Of a stretch of DNA of 64,000 bases, positions 51,490 through 63,450 are shown piece after piece. The stretch spans positions 1,674,001-1,738,000 of the forward strand of contig OZ287075.1 in assembly GCA_965645245.1 (NCBI GenBank). The letters are read 5' to 3'. Origin of the DNA: Massalongia carnosa. Its lineage: Eukaryota. The stretch's first letter is position 1. Each line of letters starts with the position of its first letter. The notes under the pieces are model-generated. The model saw nothing but the letters and a program-made list of their open reading frames with translations. It was not told where the DNA came from and ran no database searches. A program made the position numbers and the translations under genes.

Positions 51490-53472
51490 ATATCAGCAAA
51501 TAGATATCATAGGGTCTTATATTACATTGCCAGCAGCTGCTGAAGCCTCAGCTTAGGATCATAAGACAACAGGAGTTATGGAAAGTTTGCAGGACAACTC
51601 AGAAAAACTTGTTGGGAACTTTAGATATACTGTATGTATTAGGTTCAATTAAACCACTAGATAAAGACGCTGGCGCCATCTATTTGAGCCAATAGCGCCA
51701 TCTTGATGAGCTACTCTATTAGTGAAGAGAGTTATTTATATAGCAAACCCTTGAATCCCCTTTTACCTATTCATCTACCACTTTATCTACTAGTGAATCA
51801 CCATCCACATCGAAGTAACCTTGGGCCTGTATTTCACATGACTCAGTAGGAGTGGATAAACCACAATTTTAGCATTGTACCTTAACTGCAAATTGTAAGT
51901 AAAACGCATGACAGAATACCCTGGATGATGTTTCCAGGTTTCTTCGATGATACCCGATACATTCATTTCATTAGGCCTCGCAAGGAGAGATATTGAGACA
52001 AGGATTTAGCGTGATAAGAAAAACTCATCTGAAGAGATATTCTCAACACCCTAAGTTTTACATTACTTGCCCTTGACTTTGGAACGTTTTTGAACTTTTT
52101 CATGACGTTGCCTCCAAGGCATCTAGTGAGAGCCGATGCGATAAGCATCTCAGCATGGTTTAACATGAAACCCTTATGTGCTAGAGGTGCAAGATTCTTG
52201 CTCAACGACCTACTCGCTTGATCAAAACCATCTTATCTGACGATATGGTGACTCTTATGACTTTCTAAATAAAAATAAAAACCACTTCCCGACAAGAAAC
52301 TTCGGTAGCTGCTTCATCTTTTAAAATGCACTATCGACCTTGCAAATGTGGTCCAGATCTATTTTCTCTCTGAACATAATTTTCCGTTGTTTTTGTTCTA
52401 GTCTCAATTGCCAGCCCCAGTCTTAATACAAATCCAAATTCCGAGCAGTTGATTAACCAAAGAGAAACAGAATAACTCCATAAGGATTGATCGATTAGCT
52501 TTTCAAGGTTAGGAGTTTACATTCTAAGGCACCGATGTCATTTTCCTTTGAATCAGTTATCTTCATAGTTTGAGTAAGAGAATATTTTCTTGGGAATGCT
52601 TGGTCAGTCTGGGTCCTATACTATTTACATGAGTCTACTGCTTTCTTATCAACCACTTGGTGACTATATATCTCCTGAGAACTCCTTGGCTTGTTAGGTT
52701 TTTTTCCCCAACTCTCAAGACTTCAGAAAAGAAATCCAGCGTTTCCTCAGCTGACGACTGAAGCTGTAACAAAATGCGATGCAAGCGGAAATTAGCAACC
52801 AACTTTAATTTGTAATAAGAAGTTGAGCTTTCGTAAGCTACTGAATTTCACTATTCTAACAGTTCTGCAAAACAAAGATCTTTAGAAGCTGTTTGCTGTA
52901 TCGAACTGGTCAAGCTGGGGTTTATAGATCCAGAAACAACCTTCTACAGAAAGTCATATTATTTTCTCTCATGTACGCTCTGAGTTATTCTGGGTAACTG
53001 AAATGCGCATTCTTTCTCCGTAGACTTGGCTCTTATAAAGTTGCTGATTGAAGAACGAGAAAGGATATGTCAGACAGTCGGAGTCCGGCCTTTCAAGCAG
53101 CAAACCTGAGTCACGGCTGACCACAGTTCTAAATAGCAATGTCAAAGATGTATAGTTGTTTGCTGCAAGTCCCGTTGCTTGAACCAGCAAAAGCCAAACA
53201 AAGGCATCGATCCATTCGATAGATTCCTAGCGTTTGGTGAAAGCGCACGTACCATAGGGGTTTTAATAAGTCCGAGAGAATCTGCAGGTCAAAATTATAT
53301 ATGCAGATGCTTTCCATAGCTTTTGCGTTCCTTTGTTAAGTCAGACTAGTTAAGAAAATTTACAGGGCCTGAGTCCTCCCAAAATGATTTTTTAAAGTCT
53401 CAATATTTCAAATTCTATGTTAGGTCTAAGCCTCTCAGTTGGCGGGAATCTCGGGCAACCTTAATACGCGCC

Positions 53473-55560
53473 ATGGCGTGCTCAACTCCTGTTATCGTCA
53501 TCTCTTCTGATGACGACGAACCCACATGGAATAAGTCTCTCAACGTTAGGAAGGGTAAGGCCACACGCAGCAGAAGTATCAAAAGTGAGGCGATCGCTTT
53601 AGGTCTACAAGAGCGTTTGCGGATTAGATCTAACGTCTCCTACTGTACACCCCACAAAGTGCTTTCCAGGTCCAAATCCGAGGACGCTCTATCTCTACGG
53701 CAAAATGGCTTCCCGTTACTTAGAAGATTGAACTCAGAGCCAAGCTTCACAGCAGTCATCAGAACTTATTCGGCAATAGAAAAACTGACAAAATGCCCCG
53801 TTATGAGGAATCAAGGGGAAACCAACCCTAAAATCGAAAGGAGTGGACTAATACTAGATGAAATTCTACAGAAAGCCAGTGTCAAGCCTAAGGATGTTAT
53901 CTCAAATCAAAATTATCTAGCTCCTTTTATAACGCCGCCAGCTGAAGCTCAAACATCGAACGAAACCCCCTTTCTTGCATCATCTCAACCAACAGCAGAC
54001 CTTCCAGGCCACATTATGAAGTCTCAAACAAGCACCCAGTATAATGACACTTTCGTCGAACAGATAAAGCAGCCCCTACTTTGTCATATATCACCCAACC
54101 AACCTGTATCTGTCCAATCATTATCCAGTTCGCAACATGAACAAGTTTCAAGCGAAGGTGAAGTTACGAAGCCAAAAGAGAGGGCGAGCGAGCTCATCGA
54201 ACCTTACTCAGCAGCTTGTTCTGCGTCGAACCAATCGGCGCCTCGTGGTCCTCACCCCTGCGTGTCGCTCAAGCATCCACTTTGCCTGCCAATACCTCCT
54301 TCATCACGTCAATATCCGCTCAATACATGTTCATCCTATCCACTCCAGCTATCGGTCACGGCCATGCGTACATTCTCTGAGACGGTCACTATCGACAATA
54401 AAAGTATAAATTTAGCATCAGGCACTCAAACCGAATCCTCTGGGCCGGATCTTCAAGAAGTTCTCCAAACTAATATATTATACAAGCAGCTTGGTAGGCC
54501 ACTCTTGTCCCGTGAAACTCAGCCGGAGGGTTCTACCGAGCAGATGGAGCTGCAAATTCCCACTTCACTCGTGCAGAATAATAGTCTTTGCCTGATGTCC
54601 AAGTCCCCAAGATATCCCCAGCAGCAAATGGCTTCTTCCAATCGTCTACCTCAGACACTTACTTCAATTAAGCATACAACGACTGAGCCTGATCTTGAGA
54701 GCAAAAAGGGCCTGAAGCTTATTTGTGGACCCCCGCTCCGTCCGAGGAGACCCGGTTATTCATTTGATTCTAAGTTGAATCCCTCCGCTCATCCAACGCA
54801 GCAGCCTCCGCCTCAAAACTGTCTAGCGAACAGTCGTTGCGTCAAGAATAATAAGTTTAGCACAACTACGATTTCCAGCCCCGCGTCTAGTCAGATCGTA
54901 GTACAAACGCAACATAACGCACTACCAAGAGAACATATCCTGCCTTCAGCTCATCCCCCTCACCCAAGCACGCCAATAAATCGGACAGCACCCGAAAGGG
55001 GAAGTATGAGCAATAAAAAAGGCCCAATCACCAACGTGCCATGTCGCCCAACCGAAGCTCGGCCGCATGGTGCAGCTGTTAAAGGATTGCTAGGGTCACC
55101 ACCTTTCTCACCGTTACTGAAGGCAACGCTCAAACGGTCAGCCATTGAGCCTCGCGAAGAATCCAGCAAACGCACCAAAACGAATACCAACAACATTCAT
55201 CCATGCAGCACAGCCATCACCAAGACCCTTGCCGCCTCCAACACGCCAAGCACCAACCAACCCAACTATACTATCACCACCACCACCACCCCGCCTACTC
55301 GCCGCACCCCCCCAACGCGCCCATGGACCCCCGTAATGCTAACCAGCTACATCGAAACCCTGCGCGCCTCTATGGACAACGCCGCCTTCGCCGAGGCGCA
55401 CGGCAAGTCGGTCCAAGACCTCCGCGACACCTTCGAGGAAGTCGTCGCCATCCCGCTGCACCAGTACTCTTCGCGCGGCATCCAGCGCATCCGAGACTTC
55501 AACCAGCGCATGCGCACGTACAGGGCGCTAGAAAAGCGCGGAGGGAGGGATTTGCGTTAG
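53473..55560 (+). CDS. Intronless S/T/P-rich, largely disordered protein with N-terminal SIM-like motif and small C-terminal helical domain
   Basis: 695-aa open frame; N-terminus VIVISSDDDE; C-terminus RPWTPVML..Y..TLR....AAFAEAHGKSVQDLRDTFEEVVAIPL with strong GC3 bias. The true stop may lie further on, since the downstream sequence is homopolymer-rich. Confidence 0.75.
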   Translation: MACSTPVIVISSDDDEPTWNKSLNVRKGKATRSRSIKSEAIALGLQERLRIRSNVSYCTPHKVLSRSKSEDALSLRQNGFPLLRRLNSEPSFTAVIRTYSAIEKLTKCPVMRNQGETNPKIERSGLILDEILQKASVKPKDVISNQNYLAPFITPPAEAQTSNETPFLASSQPTADLPGHIMKSQTSTQYNDTFVEQIKQPLLCHISPNQPVSVQSLSSSQHEQVSSEGEVTKPKERASELIEPYSAACSASNQSAPRGPHPCVSLKHPLCLPIPPSSRQYPLNTCSSYPLQLSVTAMRTFSETVTIDNKSINLASGTQTESSGPDLQEVLQTNILYKQLGRPLLSRETQPEGSTEQMELQIPTSLVQNNSLCLMSKSPRYPQQQMASSNRLPQTLTSIKHTTTEPDLESKKGLKLICGPPLRPRRPGYSFDSKLNPSAHPTQQPPPQNCLANSRCVKNNKFSTTTISSPASSQIVVQTQHNALPREHILPSAHPPHPSTPINRTAPERGSMSNKKGPITNVPCRPTEARPHGAAVKGLLGSPPFSPLLKATLKRSAIEPREESSKRTKTNTNNIHPCSTAITKTLAASNTPSTNQPNYTITTTTTPPTRRTPPTRPWTPVMLTSYIETLRASMDNAAFAEAHGKSVQDLRDTFEEVVAIPLHQYSSRGIQRIRDFNQRMRTYRALEKRGGRDLR

Positions 55561-56945
55561 TGATTCCGTTTGGGAGGGAAGGGGGGGAGGCTGGGTGGGC
55601 GAAGGCCCGATGTGGAAGTCAGCCGCAAGGACGAAGGAGACAGTGGCCGGGGAAGGGGAATTCCACCCGTTTTGGGGGTGGGCCTAGAAAAAGGTGATCG
55701 GGGGAGCTGGAGCCAGGGGAGGAGAAAGTCACCAGGAGCTCAATGGGTCTGGATAGGTTTAGGTTTCTGCCCGTGGCGGAATTGGGGTTCCACCCCCCCC
55801 ACCCCCCCCCCTGCTGAAAGAATACATATGTACATACCTAAGTACTTAGCCCAAACTAGTTCGGCGGCCGGGCTTGGTCACTTGCCTCCCTACTCCATAC
55901 TCGGTTCCATACCTGCTTTGAACCGGCGAGAGAGCCTGGCTAGATCCCTCCCTTCCTTAGCCCAGTATGATGATTTTGTTTTGTTTTGGGGGAGGTTGAA
56001 ACATTTCTTGTTTGGCTCTTTCTTTTTTTGGTGAATTCGGGGCAGCAAGCAGGGATGGGGAGATTTGGAGAATAGGTAGGTAGGTAAGGAAAGGGGGGGT
56101 TGGGAATTGCGGCTCGATGGATTGATTCTCGGTTCTCTATAATTTGACGATAGTGATTTATTTAGCTTGATGGCCGTGTTTATTTCCCTCTGCTGTTCCT
56201 TTTTGGGGGGGGGGGGATCATTTATCGAAAGCTCGAGTTCTATGACGCGTGGGGGGTTTGGGTTTGGTTTCCCTGAAGCGGGGTGGTGATGTAAAAGGAG
56301 GTAATTCAACGGGTTGTGGATAGATAACTAGCTAGTAACTAGCTAGTTATGTTTTTTGTTTTTTTTTTTTTACGTCCAGGTTTTTTTAAAAAAAAAATTT
56401 ACAGAGACAGACAGAAAAACCTTCGGGGCCCACGTGACGGTTATCTTCTCGTGCGTTAGCATTGGCCATTGGGGGGTTGTTTGATTGGGGGGCGGAGGGT
56501 TTTTGGAATAGCGGTTGGTTGGGGGATTTGCAGGGTGGAGTTGCCCCCGGGGGGCCCCCGGGGGGGGGGGGGAATACACGGGTTTGGTTGTTTTGTTGCG
56601 GGTTCGCTTGCGGTGTTTGGTTTGGGAAAGCGAAATGGAGGTGGGAGAAGAGACGGCGAGGTAGGAATCCTAAATGGGACCGTAGCTTATAGGGTGATTT
56701 CGAACCGTAGGTTGTGCTCCAAAAGGATAATTCGGGAAGGGATCGGGTAGGTTTGATCGGTAAACCTAGATCCTTCCTGCCCTGCTTTGGTTTGGACCCT
56801 GTCGGTAAAGACCTCCCTGCATAGGCGGGAGTAAATGGCCGGCTGTGCTCGAATGGCAATCGCCAACATTTGGTCGCGTTTAGAGTAACAGTGCTGGTAC
56901 CGCGCACCATCTCATGTATGTAGATGGCGCCAGGCTCGCTATATA

Positions 56946-58488
56946 TCAATCTTCCTGTTTCTTAAGGGTGTCCCGGGGCTGCTCCACACCACCAATCGTA
57001 TTGATTCCATCGCCGCCATCGCCGGCGAAGACGCCGGTCGATAATACTTGCATCAAACTCAAGATATACTGCCGTGTCTCATCTTCGTCGTTCTCCTCCG
57101 ATTCCTCTGTTTGCGCATCCTTGGGAACGGTATGTCTACCATCACAAACGTCATCCTCGGCTTTTGCGAAGCCATCATCAGCCGCCGTCATCGCGCTCTG
57201 CCGATTGCCCACCTCCTTCAATCTCGCCGCGCACTCCACTTCCGAATCCCTTCTTGCACCAGGCTCCGTCACCACAAGCTCCCCACCCGTTTTCATTCCC
57301 AGCTCCAGATCCTTTTCCGCCGATGCAGACCTGCTACGCCTATGGTTACTCGTTTCTTCCTCGGAATGATGATTATGCTGCCAGCGCCTTGCTTCGGGAA
57401 GGTCGTCGAAATGTTTGCCCTCACGCTTAGCTCGCTTTCGCAGCGCGCGGGTGCGAAACAGCCAAATTATGTGCGAAAGAAAAATGCCAGCTTCTAGAAC
57501 GATGCTGTTGGTAGAGTGGGGGTGTAGGGATTAGCGTGGGTAGTATTAAACATTATGCAATGGCGATCATGAATAGGGGCGACATACACCGCGATGTAGA
57601 TAAAACCACCAAGGATATCAAAATGTTCCTGTGCGACTGAATGTTTGTTAGGTGGTTTCTATAGGTCGGTAAAGGTGGGCCGGCATACCTAGGGCAAAGA
57701 GGGAGAAATCCGCACCTAACGAATCCATGGCCAAAAACACAAAGTCTGTCATGGGTCAGCCTAGGCATGCAAGGTTGTGGTTTAGCAACACTTACTTATC
57801 CCGACCACGCGCCCGCCCCGTTTCCATATTTCAGGATAGGGAGGGAGTATGCCGCCAAGAAGAAGAACAGCAGCGATGGAACCAAGGAGAACTATAGGCC
57901 AATTTAATCCTCGATCATAGGGTCCCTATAAGATATGAGATCGGCCATCTTAAGCATTCAACGATGCATACCCTGAGCGTGAGGATCAAAAGCGTCTCGA
58001 GCCCAGCAAACATGACAAAAAGCCCCCCGGCCACCGCTGTTGCTTTCCATAGCGGCCATTTACTATATGCATGCGTTAGACATGCCTGTGCCGGATCATG
58101 CACGACTTACCCGGTGTATATCAGGATCTGAGCCCAGGTAATGAGCGAGAGTGTGCCGAAAACCTGCGCTTGTATCTGAATCGGGATGTTGAAATTCTAA
58201 CATGATCAGCATCCTCCGGTAGCATGCCTGAGTGAGTTGGCTGACTTGAACCACAGCATAGACGCCAAATGGGACGGCACCTGTAGGATGCGTTAACCCG
58301 GAGCAGATTAGGTGCAACCAAGCGTCCATACTCGTTGCCCACAGCAGCATCATAATCGCTGGGACTCCCTCGGTCTTCTTCCGCCTCCAGTTCTGCCATA
58401 TCTGAGGGATCAACTGGATGCACCAAAAGACAGTGCCCAGGGTCCCCAACACGTTCGCGGCGATGGGGATGTGTGTTTGAGGTGCCAT
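56946..58488 (-). CDS. PQ-loop repeat membrane transporter, multi-exon
   Basis: ANVLGTLGTVFWCIQLIPQIWQNWRRKKTEG, AVPFGVYA, GGRVVGI, FLAMDSLGA.FSL.AL, FDILGG..Y, VLEAGIF.SH..WL.RTR, then an acidic tail ending with ORF 56946-57296. Confidence 0.88.
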
Positions 58489-58888
58489 GTTTTGGTGAGT
58501 GGGTGCCTAACGGAAGTGTATAGGTAACTCTGCACTAATCAAAGACCGCGGAGGGAGACCGAAAGGAAGTAAAGAGACGGAGGGGAGGGTTATAACATAT
58601 CGAATGAAAACGAAATGGTGTGAGAAGATAAAAGCATGATATATGCCGCAATGTATCTGCCAACTGTGTATAAATGAAGCCAGAGATCTGGGAGATACAT
58701 CGGCTCCCACTCACGCCATGACAAAGTAGCCGAGAACTTTGAAGGTCTGGTAGAAATCATAGTTCTGAATCAGAGGTGAATAGGCATTTGGGGTTTTGGG
58801 GGGGGTTGGATCTTGCGCTATGAGGATTGTGGAGAGGTCACATGGTAAAGTAAAGGGTCAAACAATGGTACGATGATCAAAGATACTA

Positions 58889-59076
58889 CAGTCAGATCGG
58901 GTTATAAGAAACGTCCTACATCCCCGCTTTCTCTCAGAGAGAGAAGCAGAAAAAAGGCAATACGGGTACAGCTATTATCATACGATCAGGAAGATATCTA
59001 CATGATATTAGAAACCTCGCCTAATAAGAAACCTAGATGCTACGATTTTGGAGTTTCTTATAACCCGATCTGACTG
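58889..59076. mobile_element. 188-bp Tc1/mariner-type MITE with perfect 24-bp TIRs
   Basis: TA|CAGTCAGATCGGGTTATAAGAAAC (58889-58912) ... GTTTCTTATAACCCGATCTGACTG|TA (59053-59076). Confidence 0.93.
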
Positions 59077-60204
59077 TATACAGTCGACCAGGATAAAACA
59101 ATCTTAAGTTCTTACCCCCCAAACGCCCTAACCTAAACTGATCGGAGGAACGATCGATGCAAGCGGTAATTTTGAGTTTGGGATTTTCTCTTCCCAAAAC
59201 AATTCTAGATTCTTCTCGAATTGCCTAATTGGGATCTCTTTCACGGAAGACTCGGCACCCGATCAAAGATCGATTGGAAGTTCTTCAACATGTTCCTGAG
59301 CTCCCGAATCCCCGAATTCCCAAGTTGCCACAGTGCCTGGACCGAGCCTGAAAGGCACCACGAACAGAGAAGCAGCATGAACCAATCAACGCACGGTATG
59401 AGCAGACATGACAGGTTGGTGACCGTTGCGAGATCAAATCATTTCTTCCCCTCGGATCCGGCGCAACGAAAGAATCGATTATCGTGATCTCGCCATTCAA
59501 TCGCCTGGGGAATTCATGAAGTTTGGCGGATAAGTGCATCATGCTCCCCTCAACGGCTTTGTAATCGCCGATGCAGCAACGGCGTGATCTGCCACAGTTC
59601 TCAAATGTGCCCTGTTCCTAGCCTCAAATCAAACCTCAGCGGCTATCAACCGCCATGTTCTCCTCGCAATCAATCATACCGTTTACCGTCAGGGTTTTCC
59701 CGGTCCGGTGTGACATCATGTGGAGATCGGAAACCGGGTTCGCATCTGAGTTGTGTTGAGATAACTACCGAGCGAGTGGAGTGAAGCTTGTAATTTTCCT
59801 GTTGATGAAACGCGGTTGAGAGAAGAGCCTCGGTCCAGAGTAGTTAGTGCCGAGGGCGAAGGGGCGAATGAGCGTCACTGGGGGGAGAGACGCTAATCGA
59901 TGCCTTCAAAGCCCTTAACGCTAGGGATCTTGCTTTCCGCGTCCCGCCTGCAGGGCTCAAATCTCCGTCTTGGGATTAGATCCTTACGTCAGCATCAGGG
60001 GGTTCGTGCGCTTGGACTTTTTTTCCTTTTCTTTTCTAGATACCGAGTAATCGTCGGCTAGTCTCTCGCTTACCTCGGCCGACTCGAGGCGTTCGCCTCT
60101 AGTCGGGGAAAGCAAAGTTCGTCTTTTCGCAATTTTATTTCCATTCCATCAACACGACGCATTTGACTACATCAACTATTTCATTATTGATCATCATCAT
60201 AATC

Positions 60205-61914
60205 ATGAATTGTAATGATACTGTCACGCGTCTGAATGATGCTAAGCAGTTTCTAATAGAAAATCCACTTGAAAGCAAGATATACGCTGCTCGCATTATT
60301 TGACATTCCTCGTACCACTTTACAAAGTTCACTTGCTCAAAACAGCGCGTCGAAGCAAGTCGAGAAGAGAGGAGGACATAATAAGATATTGGAGAAGCAT
60401 CAGATCAAGGCAATACATGAGTTCATTCGCTCGTTACTTACATATGGTGTTCAACCGACGCATGAACTGATATTCAACGCGATCAAGAGTCTGAAGCGAA
60501 GTCAGAATGTTGATTATAAAGGTCCTACTAAGCGATGGTTTAGAACATAGTAGAACTTACTTGTCATACAAGGTCATGATATGATGAGCAATTGGTTTGC
60601 AGACGAACTGCCTAAAGGAACTCGAATTGTTTCGTCAGAAAATGGATTCACATCGGATAAAATAGCGATTGCATATCTGCAACATTACATTGAAAATTCT
60701 GATGCAGGATCTGAGAGTAATTGGAAGTTGATGCTCATGGATAATCACGGTAGTCATGTTACTCCTGAATTCATCAAGCTTGCCAATGAAAACTGGATTC
60801 GTCCTTATCCTTTGATACCACACTTGACGCATTGTATGCAACCGCTTGATGTAGGAGTGTTTCAACCTTATAAACATTGGCATGATGTGGCTATTCAAGA
60901 TGCGATTGCGGAGTTCAATGTAGAGTATACAATAACTCGATTTTGTCAAGATCTCACCAAAATACGAGATAACACATTCAAGAAATCCACTATTCAATCT
61001 GGCTTTGAAATCTGGAATGTGGCCTATTAATGAAAAGAAATGCACTGAACAGCTAAAGAAGTTTGTACCTTCGCAAAGTGAGAATAATTCTTCTTCTTTT
61101 CCAACATCATCTCTCCCAATATTGCCACGAGTTCAACCTAAAACGTTTGATGATGTTGAAAGTGGATTACTTGAATGGCTACCCAAAATTCGCGATAATA
61201 CACAATGGAGTGATCCAGTCTGGGAACAGGAGTTAGAGGAATTCGTGAGTAATACGAAGGAAGTTGTTGCCAAATCGACGCTTACGAAATTCGAACTATC
61301 ACTTTATCAAGAGCGAAGAAGCAATGAATTACTACAGAGAGCAACTTCTCGCAAGCGATTAAGACCTAATTACTCGACAGACGGAGGATTAGGACTCACG
61401 AAGGAGGATCGCAACGAGCAATTGTTGAAAGACAGCAAAAAGATAAGCAGATAGAAAAGAAACGAGAGCACAACAACTTCATGAGAATATGGCGAATGAA
61501 AAGAGATAGTGTACATGCGGAAGGTGTTATCGCTCGAAAGAATGAAAGATCAGAATAAAACATATCAAAGACCTCGCAAAACAGGGAGTTAGCATATCCG
61601 ATAAAATGTTAACTCCAATTGATGATCCTGAGGCCATTTGGAAGGCGAGCGACATTACTTGGCAGACGGAAGAGACCAAAACAAAGACGAAGAAAGGAGT
61701 AAAAGATACTCATATATTCAATAATGAAGAGGAAGAGACAGAGACTACCTTTATCATGGATACTGTAGGTGATCAAAATCTACGATTTATAGGTGAAGGT
61801 GATTCTATTCGTCTACAAAAAGACTTCATTGCCTTTGAAATGGAAGAGGAAGTAGGCGACGATGTCGACGACAGCGACGAGGATGATGTTCAGGAGCAGT
61901 TGGGTTATTATTAG
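60205..61914 (+). pseudogene. Broken pogo/Fot1 transposase lacking the first catalytic (DETG) block
   Basis: FDIPRTTL..RGGHNKIL (HTH) runs almost directly into ENGFTSD, LMLMDNHGSH and HLTHCMQPLDVGVFQPYKH. Stops and frameshifts occur at ~60300, 60548, 61005, 61450. Confidence 0.88.
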
Positions 61915-62010
61915 TATAACTACTATCATAACAGTTTTCATGCTTGATCTTTGTAGAAAAAAATTCCCATCGTTAATTGATTGATTTTTTGCGTGTAAAA
62001 GTTGAAAAGA

Positions 62011-62059
62011 CGAACTTTGCTTTCCGCCGAACTTTGCTTTCCGCCGAACTTTGCTTTCC
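62011..62059. repeat. 17-bp tandem repeat x3 (CGAACTTTGCTTTCCGC) in the right TIR
   Basis: Units at 62011, 62028 and 62045; only one inverted copy is in the left TIR (60107-60121). Confidence 0.9.
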
Positions 62060-63450
62060 CCGACTAGAGGCGAACGCCTCGAGTCGGCACGAGGTAAGCG
62101 AGAGACTAGCCGACGATTATCGGTCGGTAGAGAGGTCCCTTATCTAGCCTAACCTAACCTTAACCAACCTCGCCTCACCGACGCAGCCCTGGACCGTCGA
62201 GGCTGCATACCGACATACCTCTGTGGGCGCAAGGTAGCCAAAGCAAGTGGGGATGAAAGCGTCATGTACATACATATATAAACGGTCGACTCGACGGAGG
62301 GCGGGACGAACTGGGGGGGGGAATGATGCTGAGGCTTATATCCAGATATGTTTACAGTGTAGATAGATCATGTAGAGCATATGCTTGAGTTGGCGTGCAG
62401 TTGACTGTGCTCTGGACGGATGCTTTTCCAGCGATGCAACTAGATGGAGATGCGGATTTCATTTCGCCTCGGACGCTCTAACGACTCTGTAGGCGGAAAG
62501 CCAAGGGAAGGAGAAGCGATGATCCGATTTCACCCAGAATCGGAACGGAGAGGAAGGATGTGGAAGAGGAACGTGGACCGTCAGGACGACGGAATATAAA
62601 ATTACGGAGCATGTACCCCCCTACTCTCCATATTAAACCGATTCCACAAGGAAAGACAAACACAACCACAACATCGTCAAGCCACCCTCATCCTGACCAC
62701 CACCCCTCGGACCTGCAACGCTAATGCGATCGTTCCATCGGATCCTTCGGACATCGTCGGTCTGCAGGATCACCATCACCCGCAGATCTGGACAAGGGAG
62801 AGGTCAAAGTTTGGCAACGAGCGAGACGTGGCATTTGGTAACCTATCTAGAATGCGAACCCCCCCCGGGCGACGACGACGACGAACGACAGAGGAAAGCA
62901 GCAAAAGCGCCAGGTTTCCCCAGGATTGCCCCAGGGAAAAGGGGAAACCAAAGTATGATGTGGGATGTGGATGCACGTCCGTAAGCTCTGCTAATGACGC
63001 GCATCTCCTAGCATAGACCCCTGGCCTCAACGAAGGAAAAAAAACTAACTCGAACCTCCCAACTACATGTGTAACGTGGCGCCAGTGCCGAGATACCGAT
63101 TTCATCAATGACCGTTGGGAGAAGCAGATGAGAAATAAAGGACGCAGAATAGCGCCTGTATCGAACAATATACGTACGCAAAGGGGGAATCATCGCAAAT
63201 GCCCTGCTAAAGCCATCCTTCCCTGCCACAATTGCCCTTCTCATCCTGAATGTACACCGTTGCCGCCCCCCCCCCCAATTGTGCATATTCCGCCTTTGGA
63301 TGCAGCGACCGGTTGAACGAGACCCAATTCTAAAGGAAAGATGAAGAGACCAAACATCGACCCCCTGGTTTCGAAGCAATGATCGGCGCCATAGCGCCGC
63401 GCCAAACGATACATAATGACATTATTTCAAGCACGATCGTGAATGCTTTG

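Larger units (their letters stand above)
60050..62116 (+). mobile_element. Second pogo/Fot1-type DNA transposon, internally deleted, with ~79-bp TIRs
   Basis: TA|ATCGTCGGCTAGTCTCTCGCTTACCTCG..GAGGCGTTCGCCTCTAGTCGGGGAAAGCAAAGTTCGTCTTTTC is mirrored at ~62004-62116|TA. Confidence 0.92.

Noticed and set aside
51560..53400. Short minus-strand ORFs suggesting a decayed gene
   Set aside because: No consistent frame or recognisable motif.
55570..56949. ORFs of 139-187 aa in the homopolymer-rich tract
   Set aside because: They are low-complexity products of G/C/T runs; not called as genes.
59100..60040. Possible structured ncRNA (AATTTTGAG Sm-like site, GATC-rich)
   Set aside because: No snRNA, snoRNA or riboswitch consensus could be matched by eye; an Rfam/Infernal scan would be needed.
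62148..62170. Telomere-like CCTAAC repeats (also at ~59126 and ~6892), or a telomerase-RNA template
   Set aside because: Only 2-3 imperfect units, with no full template or supporting structure identifiable by eye.
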